This document shows, in pieces, positions 1 to 13,687 of a DNA stretch of 64,000 nucleotides. Source of the stretch: Octopus bimaculoides. Lineage: Eukaryota. The position numbers and the translations under genes were made by a program. The DNA is taken from assembly GCF_001194135.2 (NCBI RefSeq), contig NC_068990.1, positions 8,249,833 to 8,313,832 on the forward strand, given 5' to 3'. How positions within the stretch are numbered: position 1 is the stretch's first letter; every line of letters starts with the position of its first letter. The notes under the pieces are model-generated. The model did not search any database. It was not told the origin of the DNA and saw nothing but the letters and a program-made list of their open reading frames with translations.

Positions 1-3000
1 ATAACTATACGATACTAAAGGTACAACATTACATGCTTTCTTAAGTTCTTGTGAGAAATGCCATCCTAGAAAGAAAAAAAGCGTGTTCCATATAAATACT
101 GCCCTGCCAATGCTTTCTACATTGAGTTTCACTTAGACTGCTAATGACGTAAAAGTAACTGAAAATAAATAAATAATTCGATAGTTTTCAAGCTCGTCGG
201 CCTTGGAACTCCAGAGTTATTATATCTACGAGAAAGAGACATTTTAGCCTGTAATTACAACAAACATACGTAAAAATGTCTTTAATGCAACTTTTACGAG
301 GAAATGAAGTCATTTACCTTCGTGAAGTGTTGGATACCATGTATTTTTATTTTTATTATTTAATGGCTTTTAATATTATTACATCCAGAATAAAATCTAT
401 AGTACATGTCATTTTTATGTAATAATCTCTCGTAAATGCCCACAGGTTAGATACGCAAACCTATAACAAGAACCGTAGGACGATATGAAAATAATACCTT
501 GGGATCAGGCGAATAACGAATGATGGAGATCAACGATGTGAAATACCAGTTGGGATTGTGAATAATATTCATCCGCTGATGAATATAACGCATGATGTAT
601 GCGTTTCATTATTATATTTCTCGGAAATTAGATTCAACTCAAGTACAAGAATAACAACGTATGTAACAGCAGGAGCTGTAATATCCAAGTTCACATATTA
701 GTATTATCTCGATGATGAAGCCCAACTAAACAAAATTGTGAATTAATACTGAATGGCTTATTTCCTCGTCAACTGTTCATTGCATTTAGAATAACTATTC
801 CACACATATTCTTGGGAGACTTGTTTCATGAATTTACATTTCCAGTCAATTTCTATGCATATATTTTTAAAAACATTATTTCTAATAATGTATTTTGTAT
901 GTATAACAGGAACGCTTAATAGTATTTTTCACATCTTCCTAAAAGAATGTTGGATCTATCTTATTTTACACTATTTTAGAAAATTACTTTAAACTAAAAA
1001 TTGACTTAAGATAACAAAAACAAATGAATTAATAAACAACCAAATGAATTAATAAACATGTTTTTCATTTGACAGCATTTGTAATGAGTAGAAATAATTT
1101 AACGAGAGAGGATAAAAATTGTGTACAAATAAAAATCTAATTAAAGAAATTACACTCTAAGGTTGTGTGTTAAGGACTAGATGATTCCAATAATCTTTTA
1201 TATGAACTTAGTAATATTACATAATATACCCAAAGCCCTTTACTGAAGAAAAGCAAGGAAATTTATTCTTATTTTTTATGATACACAAAATTGAATTACT
1301 TTGATGATTCTCTTGTGATGGCGACCTCTCTATAATATAATAGGGTAACATCCAATTCATAAGAGATATTTGTTTCTTCATGAAGCCATTATATCAATGA
1401 ATATTAATGAAATACTTTCTTGCAAGTTTAAATTTTCCATTGGTGTGTACTTTCAAAGCTAAGGCATTTCGTGCTGGAAAATATATATTTCTTAACCATT
1501 ACTATAAACTCTTCAGAATTTGTTGGTGGTACTGATTCTTTATTCTCCTTTTCCAGACGAGGCAACCTTTATTCTATAAAACCACATTGTGTTCTAAACA
1601 TAAACTGAAAATATTATGTCTTTTTGCATAAAAATCTAACAATCAATATCGGAATTACATTTTCATCAGCCACAGATTTTGATAATGGTCTTCCTGTTCC
1701 CGCACACTGGTGAAGAAATTTTGAATATTCTTTGTTTGGAAAGAGACGATGTGATAAAACTGAAACAATTTCTTTGTCGTAAATTCATGATAGCTATTTG
1801 AAAAAGAAACACGTATCACATAGGACAGAAATTTATTTATATTGTATAATACTAATAATATAAGCAAAATGAGACCATGTTTAAAGCACAGATTATGTGC
1901 ACCACTGTCATGTATAGGTGTGTGTACATACGAGTTTGTTTACACCCATACACCCATACACACATATGTATATATATATATATATATATATATNNNNNNN
2001 NNNNNNNNNNNNNNNNNNNNNNNNNNNNNNNNNNNNNNNNNNNNNNNNNNNNNNNNNNNNNNNNNNNNNNNNNNNNNNNNNNNNNNNNNNNNNNNNNNNN
2101 NNNNNNNNNNNNNNNNNNNNNNNNNNNNNNNNNNNNNNNNNNNNNNTATATATATACATAGTCATATACGCAACCATACACATACGTACAAACACACAAC
2201 TATAGATAGTGTGTGTATGTGAGTATGGAAAATTTATTTATTCCTATCCATTGCATTTTCGATAGTAGACCAACGTTTATTACGCATTGTTACCACAATT
2301 CCTATATTAATAATGTGCTCTGATTAACTTTTACATCGTATTTAGTTTCCATTTCACAAAACAGAGACTAACCTTTTAGAATCGATATGTGTATGTGCAC
2401 GTGCGTACGTGTGTGTGTTTGTGTGTGTGCAGCACATGAAGCTAAATTATGTGTAGAACGTGCCATTCCAATTATCTAGAAGTATCTTTTGATACAATTG
2501 ATAATCTATTGAATCAAACTTAATGTCAGCTGAAAAGAATAGAGAGAAGTGATCATTTCTAGTTTGAAAATAATTGTTTGCCGAAGAAGCCTCTATGCAC
2601 TCGTATATCATATTAGCTCATAGTAATCATACTGGATGCAGTATATTCACTTCTTACAATATTCTAAAGGGTCCATAAATACTAGTTTAACTCTAATTTT
2701 ATTCAGTCTTCTTTGACTGTAAAACAATCTTTGCATAATCGTCGTATTATAGTATAGAGAATCATGGCGTTTTAGTCATTTTATACGGAAGTCAATGAGA
2801 GTAATCTTTGAAACTACCGTTCTTTGTCGAATAATAGGTTACATAGCATGATCTACATAATTGGTCGGCTTAAACTACTGTCTTTGTATTCAAAACCATA
2901 TAATAAATATTTCGTTTCATAGTCAATAAAGTGTAACAACTGGTCATTTTACTGGACCTATGCTTCACATCATTGGAGTTTTAAGTGTATAACGTCAATG

Positions 3001-3969
3001 TCACATAATAACAATGCAGTCTAACACCATTCTCAGTAAGCGTTCATGCCTTCTTTATATTTTCCAAAATGTATACATATATACAGAAAGATATAAGTGA
3101 TAGGAAGAGAAGAAATAGATGAAAATTCGGACCAATTTTCTGTTCTCTTACAGCATTCAATTTTGTAAGATGCAACCTACACACTCACTCACGCACGCAC
3201 GTACACACACATACTCAAATTCACGAACGCATGCATATATGAATATAATATTGCATATTTGTATATGTTTGTATGTGCGCCTAAGTGTGTGTATGTGTGT
3301 TTGTTTATGGATGTTTGCATGAATACGTGTGTCTGTAGAATGAGAGAGTGGTAGATATATAGATAAGAAGGGAATTGCTAAAAATGATTACAGCGAAATA
3401 ACACAGATGGACATGTAAGTTGGTAAATGCGTTAAGTGGCGAATACGGGAAAAACAATTTATAAAACTTGAAACTCGGAGACATTAAACAATACTTCCAT
3501 GGGAATTATTTTCGACTCTGAAGCAAAACTAGAGGTCCTTTGTATTAAATAATATAGTTCAAGATTGTTACCTAGCCTGGAGAAACTATCAAATATTCTT
3601 GAAGCACGAAAATACATTTTTCTCTGAAACTGTTAGATTCTTGAAATTACCTCTCCATTTCAAGTAGCAATAAATGCTAATTTTCATGAGGACGTTTTTG
3701 CATGCACGATTCTGAATAACAAATATATATTCGGCTTTTTCATGGTTTTGATTCATTACTAAATTTCGTTATCAATATTACAGTTCACCGTGTTTCACAG
3801 AATAGTTCATTTCTTTAGTATCTGTTATAAAACTAAATTTCAGAGCAATGACAAATAAGAGCATTGAAATTAAGGTGTGTAAACGATTACCATTTGTCTC
3901 TAATCCAAATTTTATAATTGCGGTTCCTGTATTTTCTAATGTAATTTCAAATATTAGTTTCAAATTTTG

Positions 3970-4146
3970 GCATAGAGCCGGCAATTTCAGGTTGGTGTAT
4001 CAGTGAATTACATAGACCCTGGCAAACAACTGGTACTTATTTCATGAAGCCCGAAATGAAGAATGGCAAAGCTGACCTCGGCGGAATTTGAACTTCGAGT
4101 GTAAAGTGCAGACGAAAAGCTGTTAAGCAGTTCGCCTGGCGTGCTT
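3970..4146 (-). mobile_element. tRNA-derived SINE, degenerate copy (same family as 24280-24935)
   Basis: Reverse complement reads ...AGCACGCCAGGCGAACTGCTTAACAGC...GAAGTTCAAATTCCGCCGAGGTCAGCTTTGCCATTCTTCATTTCGGG...AAATAAGTACCAG. It has a B-box-like GTTCAAATTCC and aligns by eye to the three copies at 24280-24935. Confidence 0.8.
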
Positions 4147-5248
4147 TGGGTTATTCGAAGCTAATTGAAAAACAACTGCTGTACAAGAAATTCGCGAAAG
4201 ATATATATTGGTGATAACATTTACTATTAAATTTTAAAGTAAAATATTTTTAGAAAGATTACCAAGAGAAATGTTATCTTTACGATCTCTATTTTGAAAG
4301 GTTCAATATTCGGAGGACAAATATTAGTTTGATATCTAGTTAATTGTTTAATTAGCCTTTCGTTGCAGAAAGAAATGAGATTGTTATATTTCAAGCTATA
4401 CAACAATACAAAGCAAAAAAAACAAAAAAAACCCCAAAAAAACGAAATCCAACTCCTTCAGCATATTCAAAAATTTCACTTTGCATTCCATACGATTTCT
4501 GTCTCCTTGACTGAATTTTCAATAGTAAGAGAAATGTGGTACTTGGAAATTTAAAACAGCACGTTGTTTGTTTCTTTGCATGTGTACATGTGTGTNNNNN
4601 NNNNNTATACATATATATTCACGTGGTAATTTGTCGCGTAGCGTTAATTTGTACATTGTCCATCTCGATCACGTATGATAAATATTACCTGGGGTGAGTA
4701 CGTGAAAGGGAATCAAACTAGTCATCTAGCAGAAAAACTAGGTCTATATATTCTGTGATTGTGCATTGGCAAGTTAGGTCTGGGCGGTAAATAACTAGAT
4801 AGATCAGTTTTCATGGAAACAAGCTACAACTGAGCGTTGCAAGACACGCAGTTCCATTTGGGGTCATTCTGATTATAAAATTCAAGCAAAAATCTATCCA
4901 TAGCGACATTTCACTAACCATGAACACAAGTTAGTAATACAAATCTTCTTCGGCGGTATCTTGATAGATAAATTGCAATCACATTCTCTAGTTATCAAAA
5001 TGAAACTTTAGCACTAATTAAATATTTTAAAAGCAAATTATCAATATATTTTATCTTCTAAGTATTGGTGAGTAATGTTAAATGTGTGTGTTAAAGAAGT
5101 CTATGGTAAAGCCAAATTGCATAGCCAATTTTTATAATGTTCTTTAACACACACTTCTTATTTTCGGTCACTATCTATATGTACACACAAAAACACACAC
5201 ACATACACACACACACACACGCATATATATGTATATATATATATACTC

Positions 5249-5305
<57 letters not shown>

Positions 5306-6354
5306 TGTATGTATAACAAGTAATATGCATACATACATATATATATGTGTGTGTGTGTGCAGTGTGCGTACGTGCGTGTGAGTGTGAGAATTGCTTTATC
5401 AAGAGCAAGGCTTAGGTAATGGATGCATTTCCTATTATAAATGATGCAAACCTGGAACCTACCAATTAGTGACGTGATTTCAAAATATTATTTAGTTTGA
5501 TTTTATTATTGTTACCGTTGAGTTAAATGTTTTTAAGAGATAAATTTTGAAAAGCTGCAGTCCCTCGCTTTCGGTAAATATGTTGCTTATTTTTAGTAGA
5601 TTTTTGACTTATTTAGTCCCTCGATAGCGTGAGGCATTAATACACAGTTAATGCCCTTTATATATAATTAAATATATCTATGAAGAAACGATGAATTTTT
5701 TCATTACGAAATTTTTCGTTATTTTTTCATTATGAGGATTTTTCACGCTGACTACTTGATAAATTCTTATAAAGAATTTATCCTATATTATATATATACA
5801 TACATATATATNNNNNNNNNNNNNNNNNNNNNNNNNNNNNNNNNNNNNNNNNNNNNNNNNNNNNNNNNNNNNNNNNNNNNNNNNNNNNNNNNNNNNNNNN
5901 NNNNNNNNNNNNNNNNNNNNNNNNNNNNNNNNNNNNNNNNNNNNNNNNNNNNNNNNNNNNNNNNNNNNNNNNNNNNNNNNNNNNNNNNNNNNNNNNNNNN
6001 NNNNNNNNNNNNNNNNNNNNNNNNNNNNNNNNNNNNNNNNNNNNNNNNNNNNNNNNNNNNNNNNNNNNNNNNNNNNNNNNNNNNNNNNNNNNNNNNNNNN
6101 NNNNNNNNNNNNNNNNNNNNNNNNNNNNNNNNNNNNNNNNNNNNNNNNNNNNNNNNNNNNNNNNNNNNNNNNNNNNNNNNNNNNNNNNNNNNNNNNNNNN
6201 NNNNNNNNNNNNNNNNNNNNNNNNNNNNNNNNNNNNNNNNNNNNNNNNNNNNNNNNNNNNNNNNNNNNNNNNNNNNNNNNNNNNNNNNNNNNNNNNNNNN
6301 NNNNNNNNNNNNNNNNNNNNNNNNNNNNNNNNNNNNNNNNNNNNNNNNNNNNNN

Positions 6355-6385
<31 letters not shown>

Positions 6386-7267
6386 CATACATACATACAA
6401 TTCTTTTCTGAGTATTTGAATGTCGTTTTTAATATCAAGCAACCACGTGTATTATATCTGTATTCACTATACCTATTGTGCCTTACAGTAAGTTAAGACT
6501 TAATTCGTTGATATGGATATTTTAATATTGCACCTCACTATCAGTAGACTATTTCTAGGAAATATTAATGGAAAACAGGAATAGCAATCTAGCAGATAGA
6601 GAAGGCGATTACAAGAGACCGATAAGAAAAGCACATATTTTATGGTCTTCGAAGGCATTATAAATGTGGCAGTTTGCTATCAGTACCATCAAATTTATTT
6701 ACTTTGTTTTCCGTGCATTTTTTTAATATTTCAGTTGTTACTCAAATTAAGACGGAATGGCGTTTCTTCTCTCGTATATTCAATATGCAGATATATTAAT
6801 GAAATAGAGTTTTGTTGGCTATCGACAAATAAACTACGAGGCTTTAGATAGTATTTTATTAAGCTTATTTACTGTATTACTTGGTTTAAGTCTTTATAAA
6901 TGATTATGATGGCGGACAAGGCTTTGCAATTTTCTTTTCATGTATACTACACAATTGCCTCGTCAAATTCGGTTTCAGGGGAATTGAATTGGAATAACGT
7001 ATGATTAAGTGATAGGAATTACTATATGCATCTTAAAATCTATGAAATATGATACCTTTGTTAATAACAATGCGAAGGACCAGCAATGTTAAACACAATT
7101 TCATCAACATTTTATTGAATTGTAAGAATGAAGCATTATAAAATTGAAATGTAGATGAATTGGGTTTCTACTGATGTTGAAATATGTGTTTATCGGTATA
7201 TTCAATATGCTAGTTATATTAAATATCGACTGTAGATTATACGTTGTACACACACACACGCACACAC

Positions 7268-7269
<2 letters not shown>

Positions 7270-7298
<29 letters not shown>

Positions 7299-7336
7299 TG
7301 TATGTATGTATGTATGTATGTATGTATGTATGTATG

Positions 7337-7382
<46 letters not shown>
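7270..7382. repeat. Compound (TATG)n/(TA)n microsatellite abutting an assembly gap
   Basis: Direct inspection; a similar tract resumes at 7485-7625 after the N-run. Confidence 0.95.
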
Positions 7383-7484
7383 NNNNNNNNNNNNNNNNNN
7401 NNNNNNNNNNNNNNNNNNNNNNNNNNNNNNNNNNNNNNNNNNNNNNNNNNNNNNNNNNNNNNNNNNNNNNNNNNNNNNNNNNNN

Positions 7485-7554
<70 letters not shown>

Positions 7555-7820
7555 CATATATGGTTATATATATACGTGTGCATGTATGTATGTATGTATG
7601 TATGTATATATATGTATGTATATATACACACACAGAATAGTGAATGCTTAACTCCTCATGATTAACCTTTCTTTCACCCGTCATCAGAAGATATTTCACC
7701 TTTATTCAATAGTAAATAGCTATTTATAACCAACACAAAGGACAGCACAGATGTAATTGATAATTTGCGTACAAGATAATTTTATTAACTAATTAACAAA
7801 CATTTATATACATTATCGCG

Positions 7821-8128
7821 AACGCTGGTGAGTTAGTGGTTTGGTTATTCGGCTCACGATCGTAACTTCCATTCACAGCGACGCGTTGTGTCCATAAGCA
7901 AGACTCTTCATTTGCCGCTGCTCCAGTCCACTCAACTGCGAGAAATGAGTTGTACTTACAATTTAAGGGGTACCCTTGACATACTCTGTGCCAGGCTGAA
8001 TCTTCTTGATGTCTGCACTAAGTGGTCGAGTGTCTATAGAGTACTCAGCCACTTACATTTTAATTTTACGAGCAGATTGTTCCGTTATTCGAATCAACTG
8101 CATCACTAGTTGAAACCGACGGAGTGCC
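7821..8128 (+). mobile_element. tRNA-derived SINE sharing its 3' half with the SINE at 51026-51395
   Basis: A-box-like GAGTTAGTGG and tRNA-like head (GGTTATTCGGCTCACGATCGTAA). From GTTGTAC (~7949) to AACCGACGGAGTGCC it is colinear with 51213-51390. Confidence 0.8.
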
Positions 8129-8645
8129 GGACGAGACACATAAAGTGTATTGAATATGTTTAAATGCACAGAATCGTCTGTCGTTTTATTCTTTCTTCGC
8201 ATAGAAAAAAGGAGGCACGCCATATCTTCCACTCGGAGGTTAACATAGTCTACGGATCTCATCATTATTCTGCTCTGAAAGAAAACTCCCAGCAAGCTGC
8301 AGTTTAAAGAAATGCCCTAAGGAGAACTTAGTTATAAAAGTTAGAGTAAACTGGAAAGATTGTGAGTGGTGTGAATAAAGATTAAGGAATAATTAAGCAA
8401 AATACACATACCATTAGAAAACAAACTCTAATTTAAGCCTTTAAACTGATGTGAATAAAGATATACAGTAAGAAATGTCTTCATTAAAAGGACATAAATA
8501 TTTCTACCAAATCGAAAAATCTACAACTCAATAGAGACTTCAGTACCTAATAAACGAAATACATGTGTATATTTCAAACCAATTATAGATGTCTGTAGGT
8601 AATTAGGAAGAAAGAGCCGATTAACAAAATAAATCGCTTTTTCAA

Positions 8646-8949
8646 TGTTGTATAGTGAAACCGTATAACCCCACCCCGGCAAAAACGTGGTAGAAGCTAT
8701 TATAAATAGATCAGTAGCCCGTCGTCAGAGAAGGTCGAGAGTCAAAGACTTGAGAGTCGACAGTTCTAGTCGGTGTCTTGTGGCGCTATCAGCGATAGCA
8801 AAACAGAAGTTGGTGTATTACTATTCTGGTACGAAGAGATACAATGGTATCCTATAACTAGTGACTATTGTGGCTCCTAGCGTAAAACAGCAACTATAGT
8901 ACAACGGCAGTCACACATTACACTATTGGGTGGATCCTAATATACGACA
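8646..8949 (+). repeat. 5' LTR
   Basis: Starts TGTTGTATA and ends TATACGACA (terminal inverted repeat, 8/9). Shares blocks such as AGATCAGTAGCCCGTCGTC, AGTTCTAGTCGGTGTCTTGTGG and CTAGCGTAAAACAGCAACTA with the 3' LTR. Confidence 0.92.
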
Positions 8950-9199
8950 GTGGAAAAATAAATTTACGCGGAGTCTAAAAAAACATTCAAACGGAGAGTT
9001 TAAACTAATTCAAGTGGAAAATTAAATAACTCGACAGAAAAGTAGCAAAACTCTTGTGCAAACCTACGAAAATTGTAAAATATGGAAGATTTCTTATCTG
9101 GGATAGTTGAGTTGCAAAAACAGCAATAACAAAACTCGAGGAACAATGAGAACAACCAGGATTGCAGTAACAAATGCTACAACTAATGAAGTTGATAAA

Positions 9200-10260
9200 C
9201 AAACCAGAGAATACATTTTCGCCTGACCATGTAGCAAATTCCATAAGCGAATTCAAATATGACCCGAAAAAGGATTAACCTTCGAGGCTTACTGTCGAAG
9301 ATTTCAACAAATGTTGAAAAAAGAACAACAAAATTGAACGGGCGAAAAGAAAACGCGTCTAGTTTTAAGAAAACGAACGACAGCAGAGCATGAGAAGTAT
9401 AGTAACTCCATATTGTCAAAAAAGCGTCCGATATAAATTTCCCCAGTTGATATTTTGGGCAAAATATTTAGTGAAAAGTGTTCACAGTTTAATACTAAAT
9501 GAACATGTTTAAACACAAAAAAGAGCGTAGATGAAGACTTCACTACTTACACAGGCAGAATCAACAAAGAATGTGAGAGATTTTGGCTGGATATGCTTAC
9601 TCCAGAATCTTTCAAGTGTTTGATCTTTGCACAGGATTAACAGATAAAAAGGGTACAGAAATCTGATAGAAAATTCTAGCAAAACTGGAAATGAACCAAT
9701 AACTGACGTTGCAGAAATTGTCGGAAGAGTAGAACAAGATATTAAAATTAAGGCATCACACAGAAGAAATTCAGCTGAAAGTGTGTTTTCACATAAGACC
9801 AGTGCAAAACAGTCGGAAGACAAATAAAGTGTTGCAGGAAAAACAGAAAAGATATCGGTTTGTACACCCATATATATCATATGGTGCGATACACCTGGAA
9901 ACAGATTGACCGATTAAAATGCAAAGTGCTTTCATCACGGGATTATAGGACATATAAAATGGCAATGCAAAACTCGACTGATAGGAAAATGGAACAAACA
10001 AGAAAAAATAAATAATTTGTCAGCAGGAAAAGTTGTGACTACAAATAGAAAATTCGTGAATGTGAGAACTGAAACTATTAGTGTGCAATTAGACACTGGA
10101 AGTGACATCACAATCATAAATTAGAAAACATGGGAACAAATGGATAAACTAAAATTATGTCGTTCAAACACCATAACGTACAGTGTTGCTAGAAGATATT
10201 TATATTTCACGAGCGAACGCGTTTGTAATATAATGTTCAAAGGTCGAACCAAAAAAGTGA
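9200..10260 (+). pseudogene. Decayed gag and aspartic protease of the Gypsy element
   Basis: Frameshifted translations: ENTFSPDHVANSISEFKYDP (gag start), C/H-rich zinc-knuckle remnants at ~9875-9970, and VQLDTGSDITII at 10083-10118 (retroviral protease DTG active site). Multiple stops. Confidence 0.8.
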
Positions 10261-10261
10261 A

Positions 10262-11305
10262 TAATTTCTTTTTATTGCTATGAAGGAACAACACAGAGGG
10301 GAGAAACAAGGACATATAAGCACATAAGGAATGAGGGAGCGGTGACTGAATCACGTGCAAAACGTATGGGAATTAACTGAGAATTGAAAATTAGATTAAA
10401 ATATGTACAATGCATAAATTAGAAATGAAAAAATAAGTGGGGGCCATTGGGTCTCACACCTCACGCACCACCACTGAAACATTTTCGTACCCTTATGTCT
10501 TCCTGTAGGTTGGGTCATTCACTCCCAACAAGCTCTTTCCACTTTCTTCCATTTTTTCGCAAATACATCCGAAGGTAGGCCTCTCCGCACCAGCCTTATT
10601 TTCCGTTTCAGGTGGAAACGGAAAAAGTTCATCAACCTACGGCTGGTGATGAAGGTACCTGTCTCGATTCCTTTCACTCTCGTCTTCCAGATCGCCTCTT
10701 TCGCCATTGTTACCACGACAAGGGTACACAACTTTACTTCCTGGTTAATTGAAGGGGATGAGTCTATCTTGTTGATAGATTCGGCCGACATCTGTACTCT
10801 TCCTAGATGTGACAACAGGTGTTCGGTGTAGTTCCCATAGATCCGATAACATTGGACGTTGCACGAATGCATGCAAAACAATTTCCCTGCTTCGCCCGCG
10901 TCTCGGACAAGTAGGCGACGAAAATTGGCCGGTCTATAGAGCCTATGTGAAACTGGTAGGGTCCCTCGATAGCACTGCCAGTCCGGGGATTTCCAGTAAT
11001 TATTCAGAGGTCCTGGCCCGAATGTTCTCCAAAACAGGCTGGCAAGCTGAGGTTCGTTGAAGCCCAGAGTTCTCCCCAGGTCGGGGTTGCACTCGCTCTC
11101 TAAGGACCCTCTATAGAAGGACGAGATGGAACCCCCCGCCACCGACATTGCCCCTGCAGGAGAGGAGACAGAGATCTTGACGGCACTGCGCAGGCCATTC
11201 ACCCATCCTGGGTCTCCACTTTATTCACGGTTCCAGTTCACTGAAAGAGTGAACTGTGGAAGAATGAACTTCACAAACGTAGACCATACCAGCTGACCAT
11301 CCAGA
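10262..11305 (-). mobile_element. 3' fragment of a Tx1/L1-clade LINE nested antisense in the LTR element
   Basis: ORF 10519-11202 contains FWRTFGPGPLNNYWKSPDWQCYRGTLPV, TEHLLSHL and KRKIRLVR...FAKKW, resembling the post-RT zf-RVT C-terminus of Tx1-type ORF2. A T-rich 3' UTR follows, ending in AATAAA (minus strand, ~10275-10270). Confidence 0.8.
10519..11202 (-). pseudogene. Tx1/L1 ORF2 C-terminal remnant (227-aa open frame, upstream frameshift)
   Basis: ORF track. The only long complex open frame in the window; zf-RVT cysteines are partly degenerate. Confidence 0.75.
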
Positions 11306-11309
11306 TAGA

Positions 11310-11440
11310 GCCAGAGGTGCCGAAGTCGAAATACCAATGGATTGTCTATATGATACTTTCCAGTTCCAACGCCATTGCAAGAAGTCGAAAGGAAGAATAC
11401 TGAGTTCCTAAAAATAGACCCAAAGAAGAAACGATATTGA
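11310..11440 (+). pseudogene. Extreme C-terminus of Gypsy pol (post-integrase)
   Basis: Translates with frameshifts to EIPMDCLYDTF..PTP...RSRK..TEFLKIDPKKKRY*, a basic tail ending just upstream of the PPT and 3' LTR. Family assignment is from recollection. Confidence 0.6.
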
Positions 11441-11513
11441 TTATATGAAAAAAGGAGCAGGTCGAGTGAATAAAAGAAATTGATTGTTTATTTAAAATAA
11501 TTAAATAGGGAGA

Positions 11514-11812
11514 TGTTGTATAGTGACACTGTACACCCCTCCCGGTAAAAAGTGGTAGGAGAAGACATAAGCAGATCAGTAGCCCGTCGTCAAGAGAGGG
11601 TCAGCAGTCGAAGAGTTGAGAGTCGATAGTTCTAGTCGGTGTCTTGTGGAGTTAACAGTGATTGTAAGAGAAGTCAATGTATTACTATTCCGGAAGGAAG
11701 TGGTACAGCGATATCCGAGGACTAGTAACTATTGTGGTTACTAGCGTAAAACAGCAACTACAGTACAGCGGCAGTCGCACATCACCACGTGAGAGGAATC
11801 CACTTTGCAGCA
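11514..11812 (+). repeat. 3' LTR
   Basis: TGTTGTATAGTGA...TTTGCAGCA, preceded by the PPT and followed by TSD TTCAA. Confidence 0.92.
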
Positions 11813-13133
11813 TTCAAAATGTAGAAGTTATAGGGTAGAGGCTTACTCTTGCTAGGCTAGAACCGATTGAATTATTAAAAATGCAACGGTAACAACCAAT
11901 TCATTAACATCCCAGTAGAAGTTTCATAACAATTAATAAGGCTGTTGAAGAGACTATCAGATATTCTAGTGGTTAGTACTCAATAGATCGTAATAATTTT
12001 TGCAGCAGAAAAAAAAAATTGAATCTCATGACTGACATTAAAACTGATGTAAATTTTAGTGCAGATTAGTTGTGATACTATATGTTTAATTGGTCGTTAA
12101 GGTGTTATAAAAAGATGTATGCATAAAAATTGAAAACCATACATGCATTTTGCATTCTTACAAACATTTAGAAAATAGAAAATCTTATTGTTGCATTATA
12201 AAACAAGTTAGAAAACATTCATACAAAGTGTACAAAATATGGAGAAACCATTTATCTATTTCTGTAATTTTTCTATTGGCAATGTAACAAATTCGAAACA
12301 GCCCATATGCCTTATGTATTCCTTGTATATAATGCATATAGATCTGGGGAGGGTTTATGTTCTTTTTTGCAGATATTTATGTATATATAAATCAGTTATA
12401 ATACGTTGCATAATGATTCTTTTCTGGCAGAAGGCTCAGTCGCTAGCATTGCTGAATTGTTTGATATTTTGTGAGGTACTCTCTCTAAATCACGTTGGCA
12501 TTCCAAAACCAACGTAGAATAAGCTTTGGGAGCCATAATATTGAACGACAGGCCTGTTGTATCTTTAAGCATGAACTCTCCAAATCTATGGTCCTTGTAA
12601 GAGAACTGACTTTTGCCAAGTTCCTTGTTGTCCAATGTGTAAACTTACCTGAATGGTTATTAAACAATTTCCAGCATCGTCTTCATGGCTGGAATCGCTT
12701 CTCTTGAAACGTAGATAATTTTTTCGGGACATTAGTGCACTATACAATACTGATCTATCTTTTAGATCTATCTTTCCATTTCTTAGAATTACTACATTCA
12801 CCACTATTCTTGTCTACTATTTCCTCGTGGCCTAGTCTGCTCGCATTATGAGTAATCTTATTTAGACGATTTAGCTACTTCTGTCATCTCATTCGAAGTC
12901 TTTCAGTTGAAATCTATTAACATTAGGCCCATCGTTTTGGTGGGGTAATTTAGATTTAGCAGTGGATTGACTCGAACTTGTGTTATTCTCCTTTTGGTTA
13001 GTTGAGGGTGTTTCTGTGTCCGTTGACCCAACCATACCACTCGCGTAATGATTAAATTTGCTATTATATTCTTTACAACTGGTCATTGAGTATTTTATTC
13101 TATTATGATGGCAGTTTATATACAAAAAGAGAG

Positions 13134-13196
<63 letters not shown>

Positions 13197-13640
13197 TGAC
13201 AGAGAGAGAAAGCGAGGGAGAGAGATGTACTTGACTTTATTGAGCTGGCCTTCAAGAACAGGCTATATATCTTCTACCTAGGTTTGCTGTGACGGGTGAG
13301 GCTTTTGCAGTTAGGTACCACATGAAATGTCCTAAGTCGGGCACAACTTCCAGCGCCACGGATAGAAGCCATAGTAATAGAGGCCATAATAACAGTAGTA
13401 GAAAGACGAAAGGGGAAAATGTGTGACGCTGAAGATGTGAATGGCACCATGCAAACTACTCACGTAGTCTTTTGCAGGACAGATCAACGTTTCAGTCTGA
13501 TCTATAGGTTGTAGGAGAGTTATAGTAACTTCCAGCTTTCTGTTTTACAATACAGGTTTTCGTTAAAATCTTGCATATTGAGATTTTTCCGGATTTAGTA
13601 ATCAATCAAGTCTAGCACAATAAAATAATCGTTATCCATT

Positions 13641-13687
<47 letters not shown>

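Larger units (their letters stand above)
8646..11812 (+). mobile_element. Ty3/Gypsy-type LTR retrotransposon, internally deleted and decayed, both LTRs and TSD present
   Basis: Two homologous ~300-bp TG...CA repeats (8646-8949, 11514-11812). 5-bp TSD TTCAA at 8641-8645 and 11813-11817. Polypurine tract AAATAGGGAGA just before the 3' LTR. Internal gag zinc-knuckle and protease remnants. Confidence 0.92.

Noticed and set aside
520-585. C/D-box snoRNA-like ATGATGG...CTGA
   Set aside because: Imperfect C box, no terminal stem and no recognisable guide.
7270-7625. Similar (TATG)n/(TA)n blocks on both sides of an N-gap, resembling a duplication
   Set aside because: Likely one microsatellite assembled from both ends across the gap.
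12800-12860. TCCTCGT resembling the L3 loop of an HDV-like ribozyme
   Set aside because: Flanks cannot form P3/P1/P2 of the double pseudoknot.
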